Origin: Octopus sinensis
Lineage: Eukaryota
Assembly (NCBI RefSeq): GCF_006345805.1
Contig: NC_043017.1
Location: forward strand, 31,062,001-31,126,000
DNA: 64,000 nucleotides
Direction of reading: 5' to 3'
In this document: positions 1 through 12,825 of the stretch, in pieces
Layout of the letters: every line of letters begins with the position of its first letter
Numbering within the stretch: the first letter of the stretch is position 1
The notes under the pieces: generated by a model
Databases searched by the model: none
Told to the model about the DNA's origin: nothing
What the model saw: the letters and a program-made list of their open reading frames with translations, nothing else
Program-made: the position numbers and the translations under genes

Positions 1-12
1 TAATTATATATA

Positions 13-52
<40 letters not shown>

Positions 53-102
53 TATATATATATAAATATATAAATATATATATATATACACAACAACACA
101 TA

Positions 103-147
<45 letters not shown>

Positions 148-194
148 CATATATACATATATATATATATATGGTACATATATATATATGTATA

Positions 195-234
<40 letters not shown>

Positions 235-280
235 TATATATATATATATATACACATATACATATATACATATATACAAG
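1..280. repeat. (TA)n-dominated microsatellite
   Basis: Near-pure TA with TG/CA interruptions; source of the YI-repeat ORFs at 52-330. Confidence 0.97.
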
Positions 281-631
281 CTGGGGCAAGTAATTGACGA
301 TTTTAACTGAACAAATCTACCCCAGTACATATTTATTTAAGGATGGAAATTATTCTATTTGCCACTTTTGCCGAGCCACTAAGTTGCAGGAACATAAACA
401 AAACGACACTAGTTTTCAAGTGATGGTAGTGGTGGCGGTGGCGGTGGCATGAAAGCAGCATATACATACAGAACCACACATCATCGCCCATGTCATATAT
501 ATATATATGTATATATTAAATATATCTATATATATATATATATGTATATATAATATATATATATATAGATATATATATATGTATATATAAATATATATAT
601 ATAGTATTTATTATTTATATATATATATATC

Positions 632-662
<31 letters not shown>

Positions 663-664
663 TT

Positions 665-850
665 ATATATAGTTCAAATTAAAGAAAAGCAAAGACGAAG
701 ATAGGTGTAGGAATTGTTTGATGCTCAGGAAAAATGGAAAAGTCCTTTACATTTTGAGCCGTCACACTCAGACAGAAAGGAATAAAAGGAAATAAATAAA
801 GAGCAAATGATAAAAAAACGTGCTGAGTTTAGTGGTCCAACATGGCGAAT
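665..850 (-). mobile_element. Diverged copy of Penelope-like terminal repeat family F
   Basis: aaagacgaagataggtg...ctcagg...tttacattttgagc...cagacagaaagg aligns loosely with 14278-14468; hammerhead core decayed. Confidence 0.5.
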
Positions 851-950
851 GATTGGGAAAAAAAGACGTTGAATGAAAGGGAGATGATAATAAAAAGAGA
901 GTTTGAATGAAGAGGAGATAAATCATAATAAATGTATGTATGTATGTATG

Positions 951-983
<33 letters not shown>

Positions 984-1484
984 TAATAATTATATATAAT
1001 TATAGTAATGGGATCAGGAAAGGGCCTTCTCCAACATCTTGAAGAAGACGCAAAAGGCGCTAAAACGACTCCGAGTAGCTCCTATAAAACACGGATTGTA
1101 AGCGAACAAATTAAAAATACTAAATAAAACTTCACAGTAAATTGTGTATGTGTCCACGTTTAGGATTAAAGGAAAAAGAGCTTATTTCCCATCTTCAGCA
1201 CAATATTAAGAGAAACATAATCGCAGGCACTTATACATACTCACACAAAGCGAAGGCATACCTCCATATACAAATTTCTGTATTTATGCACCAGATAAAA
1301 TTAAAATTTTTATATTGAAATTCATCTTATTTTTTTAATTGAAATAGCCTGCAGGAAATGCTATTTCGATCAGGAGCAAATATATTTTATTATTTGTTCT
1401 TAACAGAATTCAGGATGAAATCACGTTACTGATTATATCGAGTGGCCAGTATCAAATAAAAATTTGTAGGTAATTTATATACTA

Positions 1485-1502
1485 AATCAATATATATATA
1501 TG

Positions 1503-1587
<85 letters not shown>

Positions 1588-1591
1588 TGTA

Positions 1592-1662
<71 letters not shown>
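1485..1662. repeat. (TA)n microsatellite
   Basis: About 175 bp of TA repeat directly upstream of a SINE. Confidence 0.97.
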
Positions 1663-1664
<2 letters not shown>

Positions 1665-1665
<1 letters not shown>

Positions 1666-2065
1666 GCGCAGGTGGTGGCTGTGTGGTAAGTAGCTTGGTA
1701 ACCAGCCACATTGTTCGGGTTCAGTCCCACTGCGTGGCATCTTGGGCAAGTGTTTCTGCTATAGCCCGGGCCGACCAATGTCTTGTGAGTGGATTTTGGT
1801 AGACGGAAACTGAAAGAAGCTGTCGTATATCTATTATATATATATATATGTATGTGTTGTGGTGTGTGTGTGTGTGTGTGTGTTTGCCCCTACATTGCTG
1901 ACAACCGATGCTGGTGTTTACGTCCCGTCACTTAGCGGTTCGGCAAAAGAGACCGATAGAATAAGTACTGGGCTTACAAATAATAAGTCCTGGGGTCGAT
2001 TTGCTCGACTAAAAGGCGGTGCTCTAGCATGGCCGCAGTCAAATGACTGAAACAAGTAAAAGAGT
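1665..2065 (+). mobile_element. tRNA-derived SINE family A, full length
   Basis: Head ggcgcagg..ggctgtgtggtaag and B-box-like gggttcagtccc; cttgggcaagtg core-like motif; internal (TA)(TG) tract; tail gcatggccgcagtcaaatgactgaaacaagtaaaagagt. At least 11 copies in the window. Confidence 0.9.
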
Positions 2066-2122
2066 ATATATATATATTTATTTATTTATCTATTTATATA
2101 CCCACACTCACACACACATATT

Positions 2123-2167
<45 letters not shown>

Positions 2168-2725
2168 ATATTATATATATATATATATATTATATATATA
2201 TATATTATATATATAAGCATCAGAACTTAAACTATAAAACAGAACTGGACCAGGAAGAAGCAATATATAGAAGTAATGACAGCATTCTAAGCTGACCTCT
2301 ACACAACATAACTGCAGAAAACATATATAGAGTGTTTATATTAATGACAGTATTAAGAGACAGTATTAATACTGAGGTGTAATATTTATCCCCACTTAAA
2401 CATGAATGTTGTGTTAGGACAAAGTACACTGAGGTAATGCCATGGAAGAATATCGTATATTGTTTTTTATTACGAAATGTACTTTTGTCTATATCACTCA
2501 CATGGAGATAAATTCTTGCCATCTCCTGCAGCGAGAGCATCAAATCATGTGCTTTTGACCTTCCTTAGTATCATTAATGGTCAATCAATGTTTGACTGGT
2601 GGAGATAGTAGCATCTCATCTCTCCCACGAGTAATATAAAAACAAAACAGTTCCAGAACAGTCGAGGAGATGCTATAAGCCACAGTGAACTAGTTTATAT
2701 ATATATATATATATATATACTATTT

Positions 2726-3079
2726 CTCTTTTACTTGTTTCAGTCATTTGACTGCGGCCATGCTGGAGCACCGCCTTTAATCGAGCAACTCGACCCCGGG
2801 ACTTATTCTTTTGTAAGCCAGTACTTATTCTATCGGTCTCTTTTGCCGAACCGCTAAGTAACGGGGACATAAACACACAGTATCGGTTTGTCAAGCAATG
2901 CTAGGGGGACAAACACAGACACACAAACCACACACGCATATATATATATACATATATACGACGGGCTTCTTTCAGTTCCTTCTACCAAATCCACTCACAA
3001 GGCTTTGGTCGGCCCGAGGCTATGGTAGATGACAGTTGCCCAAGGTGCCACGCAGTGGGACTGAACCCGGAACCATGTG
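2726..3079 (-). mobile_element. SINE family A (5' end clipped)
   Basis: Reverse complement of the family A body and tail (ttttacttgtttcagtcatttgactgcggccatgc...). Confidence 0.9.
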
Positions 3080-3115
3080 CGCCTATATAAGCTATTATAT
3101 AACAGACACTCCTAT

Positions 3116-3165
<50 letters not shown>

Positions 3166-3175
3166 TTAGCAAACG

Positions 3176-3572
3176 TAGCTGTGTGGTAAGTAGCATGTTT
3201 ACTAACCACATGGTTCCGGGTTCAATCCCACTGCGTGGCACTTGGGCAAGTGTCTTCTGCTATAGCCTCGGGCCGACCAAGGCCTTGTGAGTGGATTTTG
3301 GTAGACGGAAACTGAAAGAAGCCTGTCGTATGTATGTATATATGTGTGTGCGTGTATGTTTGTGTTTGTCCCCCTAGCATTGCTTGACAACCGATGCTGG
3401 TGTGTTTATGTCTCCGTTACCTAGCGGTTCGGCAAAAAAAGAGACCGATAGAATAAGTACTGGGCTTCCAAAGAATAAGTCCCGGGCTCGAGTTGCTCGA
3501 TTAAAGGCGGTGCTCCAGCATGGCCGCAGTCAAATGACTGAAACAAGTAAAACAGTAAAAGAGAGTAAAAAG
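3176..3572 (+). mobile_element. SINE family A
   Basis: Full body and tail, head-to-head with the 2726-3079 copy. Confidence 0.9.
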
Positions 3573-4072
3573 TAGAGGTACTATTAATGCCAAGAAGCAT
3601 TATTTATCTCATTTATTTATCCTCACTTAAAAATGGGTGTTTTTGGAACAAACTATACTGCAGTAAACACCACGAGAGAAACTCTTTTGTTTTCTTCTGG
3701 TAGAAAATGCAATCTCGTTTATATTGCTAGTAGGTGAGATAAATTCTCCCAGTTCCAGTTCCAAGACCACCAGCGAATCACGTGATATCAACCTACCTCG
3801 GTTTCATCAGTGAGGGACACACAACCGTTAGAGATAGGAGGAAAATTATAGGGGGAAAACACAAGGCAAAATATAAACGCCAATAAATTAAGTAACCCAG
3901 GAAGGGACATAGGTAGAAACCACGTACTCATACAGGTGAAACTAGAGTAAATAAGAACAAACCAATCAAATAACCGAACATGGTGTAAATGGCACCCTTG
4001 TAATCATATCCTTAATTACTTCATATATTATACTATTATATGTTGTCATATATTATACTGTTGTCAGTATGA

Positions 4073-4293
4073 GGCGGTGAGCTGGCAGAAACGTTACCAG
4101 GCTGGGCGAAATGCGTAGCTGTATTTCGTCTGCCGTTACGTTCTGAGTTCAAATTCCGCCGAGGTCGACTTTGCCTTTCATCCTTTCGGGGTCGATAAAT
4201 TAAGTACCAGTTACGCACTGGATCGACGTAATCCGTTTGTCTGTCCTTATTTGTCCCCTCTGTGTGTAGCCCCTTGTGGGTAGTAAAGAAATA
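4073..4293 (+). mobile_element. tRNA-derived SINE family B (Nin/Deu-domain-like) with target-site duplication
   Basis: A-box gagctggcaga, B-box gagttcaaattcc, central gcctttcatcctttcggggtcgataaattaagtacc; 13-bp direct repeat tatactgttgtca at 4054-4066 and 4294-4306. Confidence 0.9.
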
Positions 4294-4759
4294 TATACTG
4301 TTGTCAACTATAGCAGCCAGCCCCTATGGTGGGTTCACATTAAGATGCCTCTCCTTCCATACATTCCTCACATTCACTTGGTGGTCATAGTAGAGATTCC
4401 ACTTCTCATTCCTTACCATAATATAGTCTGAGATTCTATCAGACCTTTGGAGGTTTATGTTACCAATGAAAAACACAAGTGCTTTTTTATATTTTGCTAA
4501 TTTTTATTAGTGTCACTCAACTACTTAACTAATTAACTAACCATTTCTTTCATCAATCGTTTGATCATTCAATTAGTTGTTTTATTAGAGTCATTAACTG
4601 TAATCTAAGGCGTCATCAATGATTACTCTCCCTCATTTGGTTTGCTTCTGTAAAATTTCTGTCTTAGATTTAATATTACTGAAGTGGATGCAACTATTGT
4701 GTATCTGGTGAACTATGAAATGTTAATAGATTAAAATTAAACTCATAGTCATGAAAAAG

Positions 4760-5257
4760 TGTAGGCATGGCTGTGTAGTCACAGGTATAGCAGTGTGTTA
4801 AGAAGCGTGCTTCAAAAAATATTGTTTCAGGTTCGGTTTCATTGCGTAGCACCTTGGGCAGGTGTCCTACTATTGCCTTGGGCCAATCAAAGCCTTGTGA
4901 CTGAATTTGGTAGATGGAAACTGAAAGAAAAACGATGTGTGTGCCGTGTGTGTGTGTGTGTGTGGTGTGCGTGTGTGCGTGCGTATTGAATCAGATTCAG
5001 CTGTGTGTGTGTTTGTGTGTGCGTGTTTGTGTGTCCTTGTGTCTGTGTTTATCCTCTAGCACTGTTTAACAATGAGTGTTGATGCATTTATGTCCCTGTA
5101 ACTTAGCAGTTTGGTAAAAGGGACTAATAGAATAAGTATAAGGCTTAACGAAAAGAACATGCTGGGACCAATTCGTTTGACTAAAAGATTTTTAAGATAG
5201 GGATCCAATATGGCCACAATCTAATGAATGAAGTAAGTCAAAGATAAAAGATAAAAG
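4760..5257 (+). mobile_element. Old diverged SINE family A copy
   Basis: accttgggcaggtgtcc..ggtagatggaaactgaaagaa..tatggccacaatctaatgaatgaagtaagt. Confidence 0.75.
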
Positions 5258-5689
5258 CAATGATAAACTTGATGACTAATATTTATCATGATACACAAGG
5301 GAGACTACTCTTGGAGCTTGAAATCAACTTATTTAAAATTAGGGATCAACAAGTGCATTTAGTCTTTCGCATTAGGATGATATAAATTATGAGTGTCATA
5401 ATTGGATGATGACGCTGAGAACATTTTTATTCATAGGGTTGCTGAATTGAAGCTGATCTGAAGTTGAACACCAGCTTCAACAACAGCAACAATAACAACA
5501 ACAACAACAACAACAACAGTAGCAATGACAATTAGACTGATGTGTTTGATAGAACGTGTAGGTAAGCTTGTGTGTATCTTGTCTAGAGCAATAAATAGTT
5601 TCTCAAGAAAATACATCTCGAAATATCATATCTTCATGTCAACCACGTATTATAGAATTGAACAAAACTTCCTCACTGCAATGGTGGTG

Positions 5690-5841
5690 GCAATGACAAT
5701 GACGACGAGGACAATGATGATGATGATGATGACAACGACAACAACGATGATGATGATGATAATGATGGTGATGATGATGATGATGATGATGACAACAACA
5801 ACGATGGTGATGATGATGATGATGATGATGACAACAACAAC

Positions 5842-5885
<44 letters not shown>

Positions 5886-6234
5886 CAACAACAACGATGA
5901 TGATGATGATGATGATGATGACAACAACAACGATGATGATGATGATAATGATGATGATGATGATGACAACAACAACGATGATGATGATGATGATAATGAT
6001 GATGATGTGATGACAACAACACGATGATGATGATGATGATGATGACAACAACAACAACGATGATGATGATATGATGATGATGATGATGATGATGACACGA
6101 TGATGATGATGATGATGATGATGACACAACAACGATGATGATGATGATGATTAATGAGATGATGATGATGACAACAACAACGATGATGATGATGATGATA
6201 ATGATGATGATGAACGATGATGATGATGATGATA

Positions 6235-6282
<48 letters not shown>

Positions 6283-6330
6283 TGATGATGATGAGGATGA
6301 GGATATTAATGATGATGGTGATGGAGTTGA
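5690..6330. repeat. Compound (GAT)n/(AAC)n trinucleotide array with higher-order units
   Basis: Runs of GAT punctuated repeatedly by GACAACAACAAC; source of the poly-M, poly-H, poly-I and poly-D ORFs. Confidence 0.95.
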
Positions 6331-6899
6331 TGGAGTAAGTCGTCTCTTTTTTATTTTTATAGAGTGTCTCCGTTTCTTTATTTTTTTTTACTACCATGAC
6401 AAATTCTATCTCAGAAAAAAAAAAATTATTTCTGCAAAATATGCTGTAATTAAATTATTTTTAGTTTGGTAGGATAAAAAAAAAGAAAAAAAATGTATAT
6501 TTTTTCCCCAAATGCTTTTGACAGAAAGATAACTTAACACTAGAGTAGAGAATAACGCACTGCCATCTACATTTATTACGCCAGTTTACTTCGTTTAAAT
6601 TTTATACATTTTGCTTACATACAGGTATTTTTTTATTTTTGTTTCCTGCAGAATACTATTGCAACAAAATGGTATAATTGACACCAGATGTTTCCAATTT
6701 ATGCTATCATAAAATTGTGTGCAGATAATTTTCTCCTTTTTTTTTTAGAAAATTAATTATCCGTCGTAGTATTCTGTGTCCATACAATCTAAGAGTCTTT
6801 ACCACTTACTGTGTTTCTGTCAAGCATAGATATATGCAATGCATACATGTAGGAATGTCTCGTATTCTCTCCCTCACACATACACTCTCTCTGTTACTC

Positions 6900-7045
6900 T
6901 GTATATGTATGCATGTATAGGCACATGCATGAATAAATGTATGTATATGTATATATGTGTATATTTATACATTTATATATATATATATATATTTGTATAT
7001 GTATATATATATATGTATATGTATATATGTGTATATATATACTTT

Positions 7046-7077
<32 letters not shown>

Positions 7078-7193
7078 CTTGTATATGTATATATATATAT
7101 GTATATGTATAAATATGTTTAAATATATATTTATAATATATGTATATAAATATACATAAACACACACACATACATATATATATATATGTACTT

Positions 7194-7233
<40 letters not shown>

Positions 7234-7310
7234 TTGTATATATATACATATATATATACGCATAGATACACACACACACACATACATATATATATATATG
7301 TATATACATG
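6900..7310. repeat. TA/TG/CA-rich microsatellite field
   Basis: Direct reading. Confidence 0.9.
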
Positions 7311-8170
7311 TATTGATGGAAAGATGGATTAATAGATTATTTATGAAATGAAAACGAGATAAGAGAAATAATAACAGGAATAAATATGATATCATATCAA
7401 ATACAAGATAAACTTTTGCTTTAATGAAATTATCATCACTGCAAGAGACAGCAGGCCAGTAGATTGGTTGTAGTTCATAGCAAGCATAAAGGTGAAGAGG
7501 AGTTAATATCAACAATCAGGAATTTTGCACTGTTTACATGCTATTAAAGAAAATATGCTCTAAATGACTAAAGCTGTAAGAACGTGTTTCTGCCATAGCA
7601 GCACTACTACCTTATCTTCATGGACAGCAGGTCAAAGGATTGATTTAAATTGGTATCAAGTATAATGATGAACTGGGAGTAATATCAAAAGTCAATAATT
7701 CATCGATATTGACTCGCCATTATAAAATAAGTCTGTCTAAAGGTAAGAGGAAGGTTGTTAGTACAGATTGTTAGTGGATGAATTTTATCAGGAAAAAATC
7801 CGAAAGTTAATGAGAAACATAGAGCGAGACGAATGACGTTATAAAAATAGGGGAGATAATGCATGATGATAATGCGGCAGGGTAAAAGAGGAGACGGGGT
7901 AAGAAGAGAAATGTGAGTGAGAGAAATACATATGAACAGGAGGAAAAACAGACGTAGCAATATAAAGCAGGGGAGAAAGAAAAATATAGAGTTCAAAAGA
8001 TTTATCATCCCAATAATCAGCGAAAATGTCAGTAGATGAGAATTGAAAGGATATTCTGTATGCTAGAAATAAATGTGGAATTGAATGTGAATTGACAAGG
8101 AGAACTTTTAATGGAAAAGAAATAGATTTGGAAAATCTCTCGTCAGCTGAATTATCAAGAATCAATCATA

Positions 8171-9026
8171 CGAGGTGGTATGAAAAAAGTTCCAGGAATA
8201 GTTGTGTAGCGTTCCAACAGATGGCAGCAGACGGTTGCATGCGCAGTGAGAGCTAGCGGTGAACTTCATGAAGCAGTGTGCCGAGTGACATCACAGTGTA
8301 TACATCGCAAGTTGTGAAGTTCGCGTTTTTGTCATCACGAGTATGCTGTAGTGTACTATTTTGTCATTGTTAGGGAGTTGAAACAATGATCCAACGTGAA
8401 ATTTTTGCGTTAAACTTGGGAAGTCTGCTACAGAGATATTGAGCATGCTTTGACAAGCTTACAGCGTTACGCCGACGAGACAATGGGTCGTAGGTAATAT
8501 TTCGACTGGCATTGCCGCTTCAAGCGCAGAAAAATGTCCCTGGAAGACGATGAGTGACCTGTAAATGTGGCATTGTGTGTCGAGAATTCGTCCTTCAGGG
8601 CCAAACAGTCAATCGAGAATTCTACTACCACGCTTTGAAACGTTTGAAAGAGAACATTCGGTAAAAGTCACCGGATCTTTGGAGCGCGAAGAATTAGATT
8701 CTTCACCGTGCTCTCGTCACTCGTGAATTTCTCACCAAAAACAACATGGTATCGCTTCTGCACCCGCCCTATTCGCAGGATTCCATCTCTTCCGCTAGAT
8801 GAAACTTCAGCTCAAAGGTCACCGTTTTAACCCCGTTATTGAAATCCAGAGCCCCTCGCTTACAGAAAATGACTTCCAGGCTGAATTCCAAAACAAGGAG
8901 GAACATAGGGACCGGTATATTGCCGCGCAAGGTGACCATTTCGAAGGAGATAATATTAAAACTTGGGTAAACAGGTTATATTTTTATTAAATATAACTAG
9001 TCCGGGAACCTTTTGATACCACTTCG
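8171..9026 (+). mobile_element. Degenerate, internally deleted mariner transposon with both TIRs
   Basis: TIRs cgaggtggtatgaaaaaagttccagga and tccgggaaccttttgataccacttcg; TA at 8169-8170. Fragments translate to FCVKLGKSATEIL..FKRRKMSLEDDE (HTH) and HPPYS..MKLQLKGHRF..RYIAAQGDHFEGD (C-terminus), with stops and frameshifts. Confidence 0.85.
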
Positions 9027-9656
9027 CAATTTCAGCCTATTCAATCCTCACCACCACTCTCATATGGAGAACAATAATAACTGTAAATTTCTTGAGATGG
9101 ATGGGAGGACATACAAGAGATGTTTGCGGTTTAAAAACTCAACAGAATTTGCATGATGTGCTTCAAATAAATTTAAGTGCAGGAGAGAAAATATGCACTT
9201 CCTCTACACTAAGTATTTTCTAATTCTGATCTCGTTTGATACTTGTTCCTCAACCTCATATACAAACCGATTCATTTATCTGCCTCAGCATTGTATCATA
9301 GTGATGAGTAGATAAGCTAACTAATCCTATATCATTGACTAAACAATTACGTTCTCCTTAGTGCATGTTGGTACAAAATGGCTGAATAGTTTTACAGTGT
9401 AGCATTTCCGAAGCTAGCTGAATCATATACTAATACACCGAAATGTCAACCCTATATAAGTTCTAATGAGTTTTCTACATACTCCAACATACCATGTTAT
9501 AATGCACATTGTATTTCCAACTTTCTTTCCACGTATATTTTACGATTATTTCCATACACGTCATTATTGAAACGAAAGTATATATACATGCATGATTAAT
9601 GGATTTACTCGTTTCTATGCAATTTAGTACTTGCTCACACTGATTCATAATGTTAT

Positions 9657-9699
9657 TTATGGTGTGTTCGCTTATGGTGTGTTCGCTTATGGTGTGTTC
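9657..9699 (+). repeat. 15-bp tandem repeat, about 3 units
   Basis: ttatggtgtgttcgc repeated. Confidence 0.9.
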
Positions 9700-9944
9700 A
9701 GTTGTTTATCAACTAATGATCATTAAAATAAGTACGAGTAGAAAACGATGTGACATGACTTGGCTTTTAATTAAAAGAACAGCTTACCTGACAGATTTCT
9801 AGACAATTTTCGTTTACAAAAAATTTGTACACAATAGACTAGCCTATAGCAAATGTATATTTATTCAGCTTCTACAATTGAGATCAAATGCGAAGCTCAT
9901 ATTTGTGGAGTAATCTCTTTAACCACTTGCGTTCATGTGTGCAT

Positions 9945-10140
9945 AAATAAACACACGAAGGCAGGTGGAGTACAAACAAACAAATGTATTAGTATGGCGC
10001 TCAGGAATAGAAATAGAACATGTCTTTTACGTTTCGAGCCTACGCTCTTCGACAGAATGATACACAGAAAAAAACAAGGAGAGAAACAAGGAGAGAAAAA
10101 AAGGAAAGAAAAAATGCGTGTAGGAGCTAACGGTCTATCA
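9945..10140 (-). mobile_element. Penelope-like terminal repeat family F with hammerhead-like motif
   Basis: Homologous to 14278-14468 and 38085-38232; minus strand reads CUGUCGA-A-GAGC-GUAG-GCUC-GAAAC-GUA. Confidence 0.7.
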
Positions 10141-10191
10141 TATATATATATATATATATATATGCATGCATGTCCACATACATATTCTTTT

Positions 10192-10410
10192 GAGTTTCAT
10201 TCTTTTATGTTCCATTCGTTTTGACTGCAGTCATGCTCCAGCATGGCCTTTTAGTCAAACAAATCGACCCCAGGACTTATTCTTTGTAAACCTAGTACTT
10301 CTTCTATCGGTCACTTTTGCCGAACCCCAAAGTTACGGGAATATTAAAACACCGACAGCGGTAGTCAAACGATGGTGGATGGACAAACAGAGACACATAA
10401 ACACATACAC
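10192..10410 (-). mobile_element. SINE family A, 3' half
   Basis: ttgactgcagtcatgctccagc..gacttattctttgtaaacctagtactt..ctatcggtc. Confidence 0.8.
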
Positions 10411-10559
10411 ACATGCATATATAGTAGATGAGGCTTATATGAGCCTACCCTATGTATATCCAAGTGAATTTTTCTTCAGACTGCTTTTTACGAAAAATAT
10501 TTTCTTTTCTATATGAATGCTAATAATTCATTGCTAATTCATGTCCGCAGTTTAATAAA

Positions 10560-11150
10560 TTATATTTCGGTCGACGAAAGTAGAACATTTCTTTAAAGCG
10601 AATGTTGCATTTAAGATTACAATAACATGAAAGAGGGGCCTTGCAAGTCTACCAGATAGATGGAAGAGCATTGTATAAAATGAAGGAGAGTATACTTTAG
10701 ATATAGAAATAATTTTGTCTATCTTAATTTTGAGAAAAAAAAAGAAGTATATTCTGTTGTGTCTGGGGAGAGTCATTCTCTTTTAGTGCCTTATTATTTA
10801 ACACACTCACCGGTAAAATTTCCACTTCTTTCTGGGTTTTTTTTCTAAACTTTTCGTTGCGTCTTGCAACTTTTTCAATAGTCTTGACTCAATAGTCTTC
10901 TCAATAGTCTTGAGAGTCAAAACTACTGAAAAGGTTTCATGACACAACGAAAATTTTAGAAAATAAAAAAAAGAAAGAAGTGGAAATTTTATCGGTGAGT
11001 GTGTTAAATAATAAGGCATTAAAAGAGAATGACTCTCTCCAGACAACAGAATATGCTTCAACACACGAACTTATATAAATAATCTTGCAAACCAAATCCA
11101 AAAAATAAGGAGTATAAATAAACCGCATTATTTATGGAACGGCTCGATGC
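10560..11150 (+). mobile_element. Mariner 3' remnant interrupted by a foldback element
   Basis: 10630-10700 translates to RGLASLPDRWKSIV*NEGEY (mariner C-terminus); TIR-like aaaccgcattatttatgg near 11120; palindromic insert lies between. Confidence 0.6.
10750..11108. mobile_element. Foldback/MITE family P1
   Basis: Arms tattctgttgtgtctggggagagtcattctc..caccggtaaaatttccact and agtggaaattttatcggtg..gagaatgactctctccagacaacagaata; second copy at 48181-48511. Confidence 0.85.
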
Positions 11151-11409
11151 TTACATACTTACATATATATATGTGTGAGCGTATGTATAGAGATATACAT
11201 GTGAATAAGTAAATTTGAGAATAAATGTAGGTATATATTACGTTATAAGAGATGAATATAAGAATCTATTCCACTGTACACTGAAAAATATGATCTGTCC
11301 TGTTCGTGGACACACCACGCAGTACTAACAAAACACTATTCATAACAATTCAACAAGTCTTAGCAATAAATATACATTACTTTCAAATTTTGACACAAGA
11401 CCAGCAATT

Positions 11410-11510
11410 TCAGGGGAGGGCTAAGTCAATTACATCGAACCTAGTGCGAAAATGGTATTTATTTTATCGACTCCGAAAGGATGATGGGAAAGACTGACTG
11501 CGACATATGA
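11410..11510 (-). mobile_element. SINE family B fragment
   Basis: tggtatttattttatcgactccgaaaggatga..aagactgact. Confidence 0.65.
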
Positions 11511-11845
11511 ACAAATATTTATTGATGAGGTGTACGAAAGAAATGGCAGATCACTGACAAATCATGTGATTTACTACTTGACTAAAGAATTATGCAAGCA
11601 GTAGACTGGTTTATTAGTTAATTACTTATATAATTAATTAATGGTATTAACAACATATAAAATAAAACCATATAAAATAAAACCAGCATGTTTTTCTTAA
11701 AGTGATATTGTCTCTCAGAATTTATAACATATACAGTTGTATGAGCATTTATACATAAGTGCATGAAAATACATACGTGCCTATACTTCATACATACACA
11801 CATACGTACATACCCACATACATGTATACATACATACACATTTAC

Positions 11846-12385
11846 ATGGTGGCTGCACCCTCGTTATCGAGTATGTCCATTGCACGAAGCTTAATCAATG
11901 TTGTTATCGTGCAATGCCTGTGCAAGAAGATTTTTTTAAAGTGAGGAAAGGCTGTGCACTGAGTCAATCCCACCCAGTAAGCAACAGCAGCCATAATCCG
12001 AAAAGAAGAACAATCAACGTCACCGGTAATCACTGAGCCACAGGTTTTATGTTGGAGTTATCCCAGTTACCTGTGTTACCTTCTCCTAGAAGGATGTCCT
12101 AACAAAGGCTAGGAGTCCTTCACTCCCAATGGTTTAACCGCGCGATCGGGTATTCAGTCCGATTATTTCTATGTCCCCGCGCATGATACAGCCTGAAGAC
12201 ATTTATTGAATGGCCGTTGACTCTCACGAGTTCCTCCGCCCTTTGACAGGTTTTGTTTTTCATCCCGCAGGGTGTCCTCACCAAGCAAGCTTGATGGGGT
12301 TGCCGGATTAGTTGCCGACGACCCGACCATGCACAGGTTGTACTGGGTTACATGTTACCAGTAGCACTCAAAAGTGACCTGACAT
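11846..12385 (-). mobile_element. Non-autonomous RTE-derived element (family D)
   Basis: Closely matches 57918-58472; minus-strand 3' end resembles RTE tails; no ORF. Confidence 0.7.
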
Positions 12386-12599
12386 AACATACATATACAT
12401 ACATACATACATACATACATACATACCGTCATAGAGGTTAGTTGTTCTGCTGATGTGAATGTCTCTGAAAATCAAAGAGAAAGTTCATTATGGACAACTG
12501 TTTCGAAACATCCATCTTCAATATTCGGATTACAATTTTACATTCATAGCAATAATAATTGGTGTATTTGCTTATGTATGCAAATGCCTAACTGTCAGT

Positions 12600-12639
12600 C
12601 TGGATATATATATATATATATATATAGATATATATATAT

Positions 12640-12671
<32 letters not shown>

Positions 12672-12673
12672 CG

Positions 12674-12764
<91 letters not shown>

Positions 12765-12794
12765 TATATACATATATATATATATATATTATAC

Positions 12795-12825
<31 letters not shown>

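Noticed and set aside
1035-1085. ttgaagaagacgcaaaaggcgctaaaacg, a hammerhead-like ghost (similar one at 62570-62600)
   Set aside because: Too many core mismatches to call.
3775-3816. Minus-strand CUGAUGA with an AACC/GGUU stem and a palindrome
   Set aside because: GAUA replaces GAAA and no stem I can form.
5440-5488. Hairpin tgctg..ttgaagctg / cagcttcaa..cagca as a pre-miRNA
   Set aside because: The stem is too short and it abuts a CAA microsatellite.
7480-8165. Purine-rich unique sequence with 102- and 108-aa minus-strand ORFs
   Set aside because: No recognisable motif; the ORFs are explained by the T/C-rich strand having few stops.
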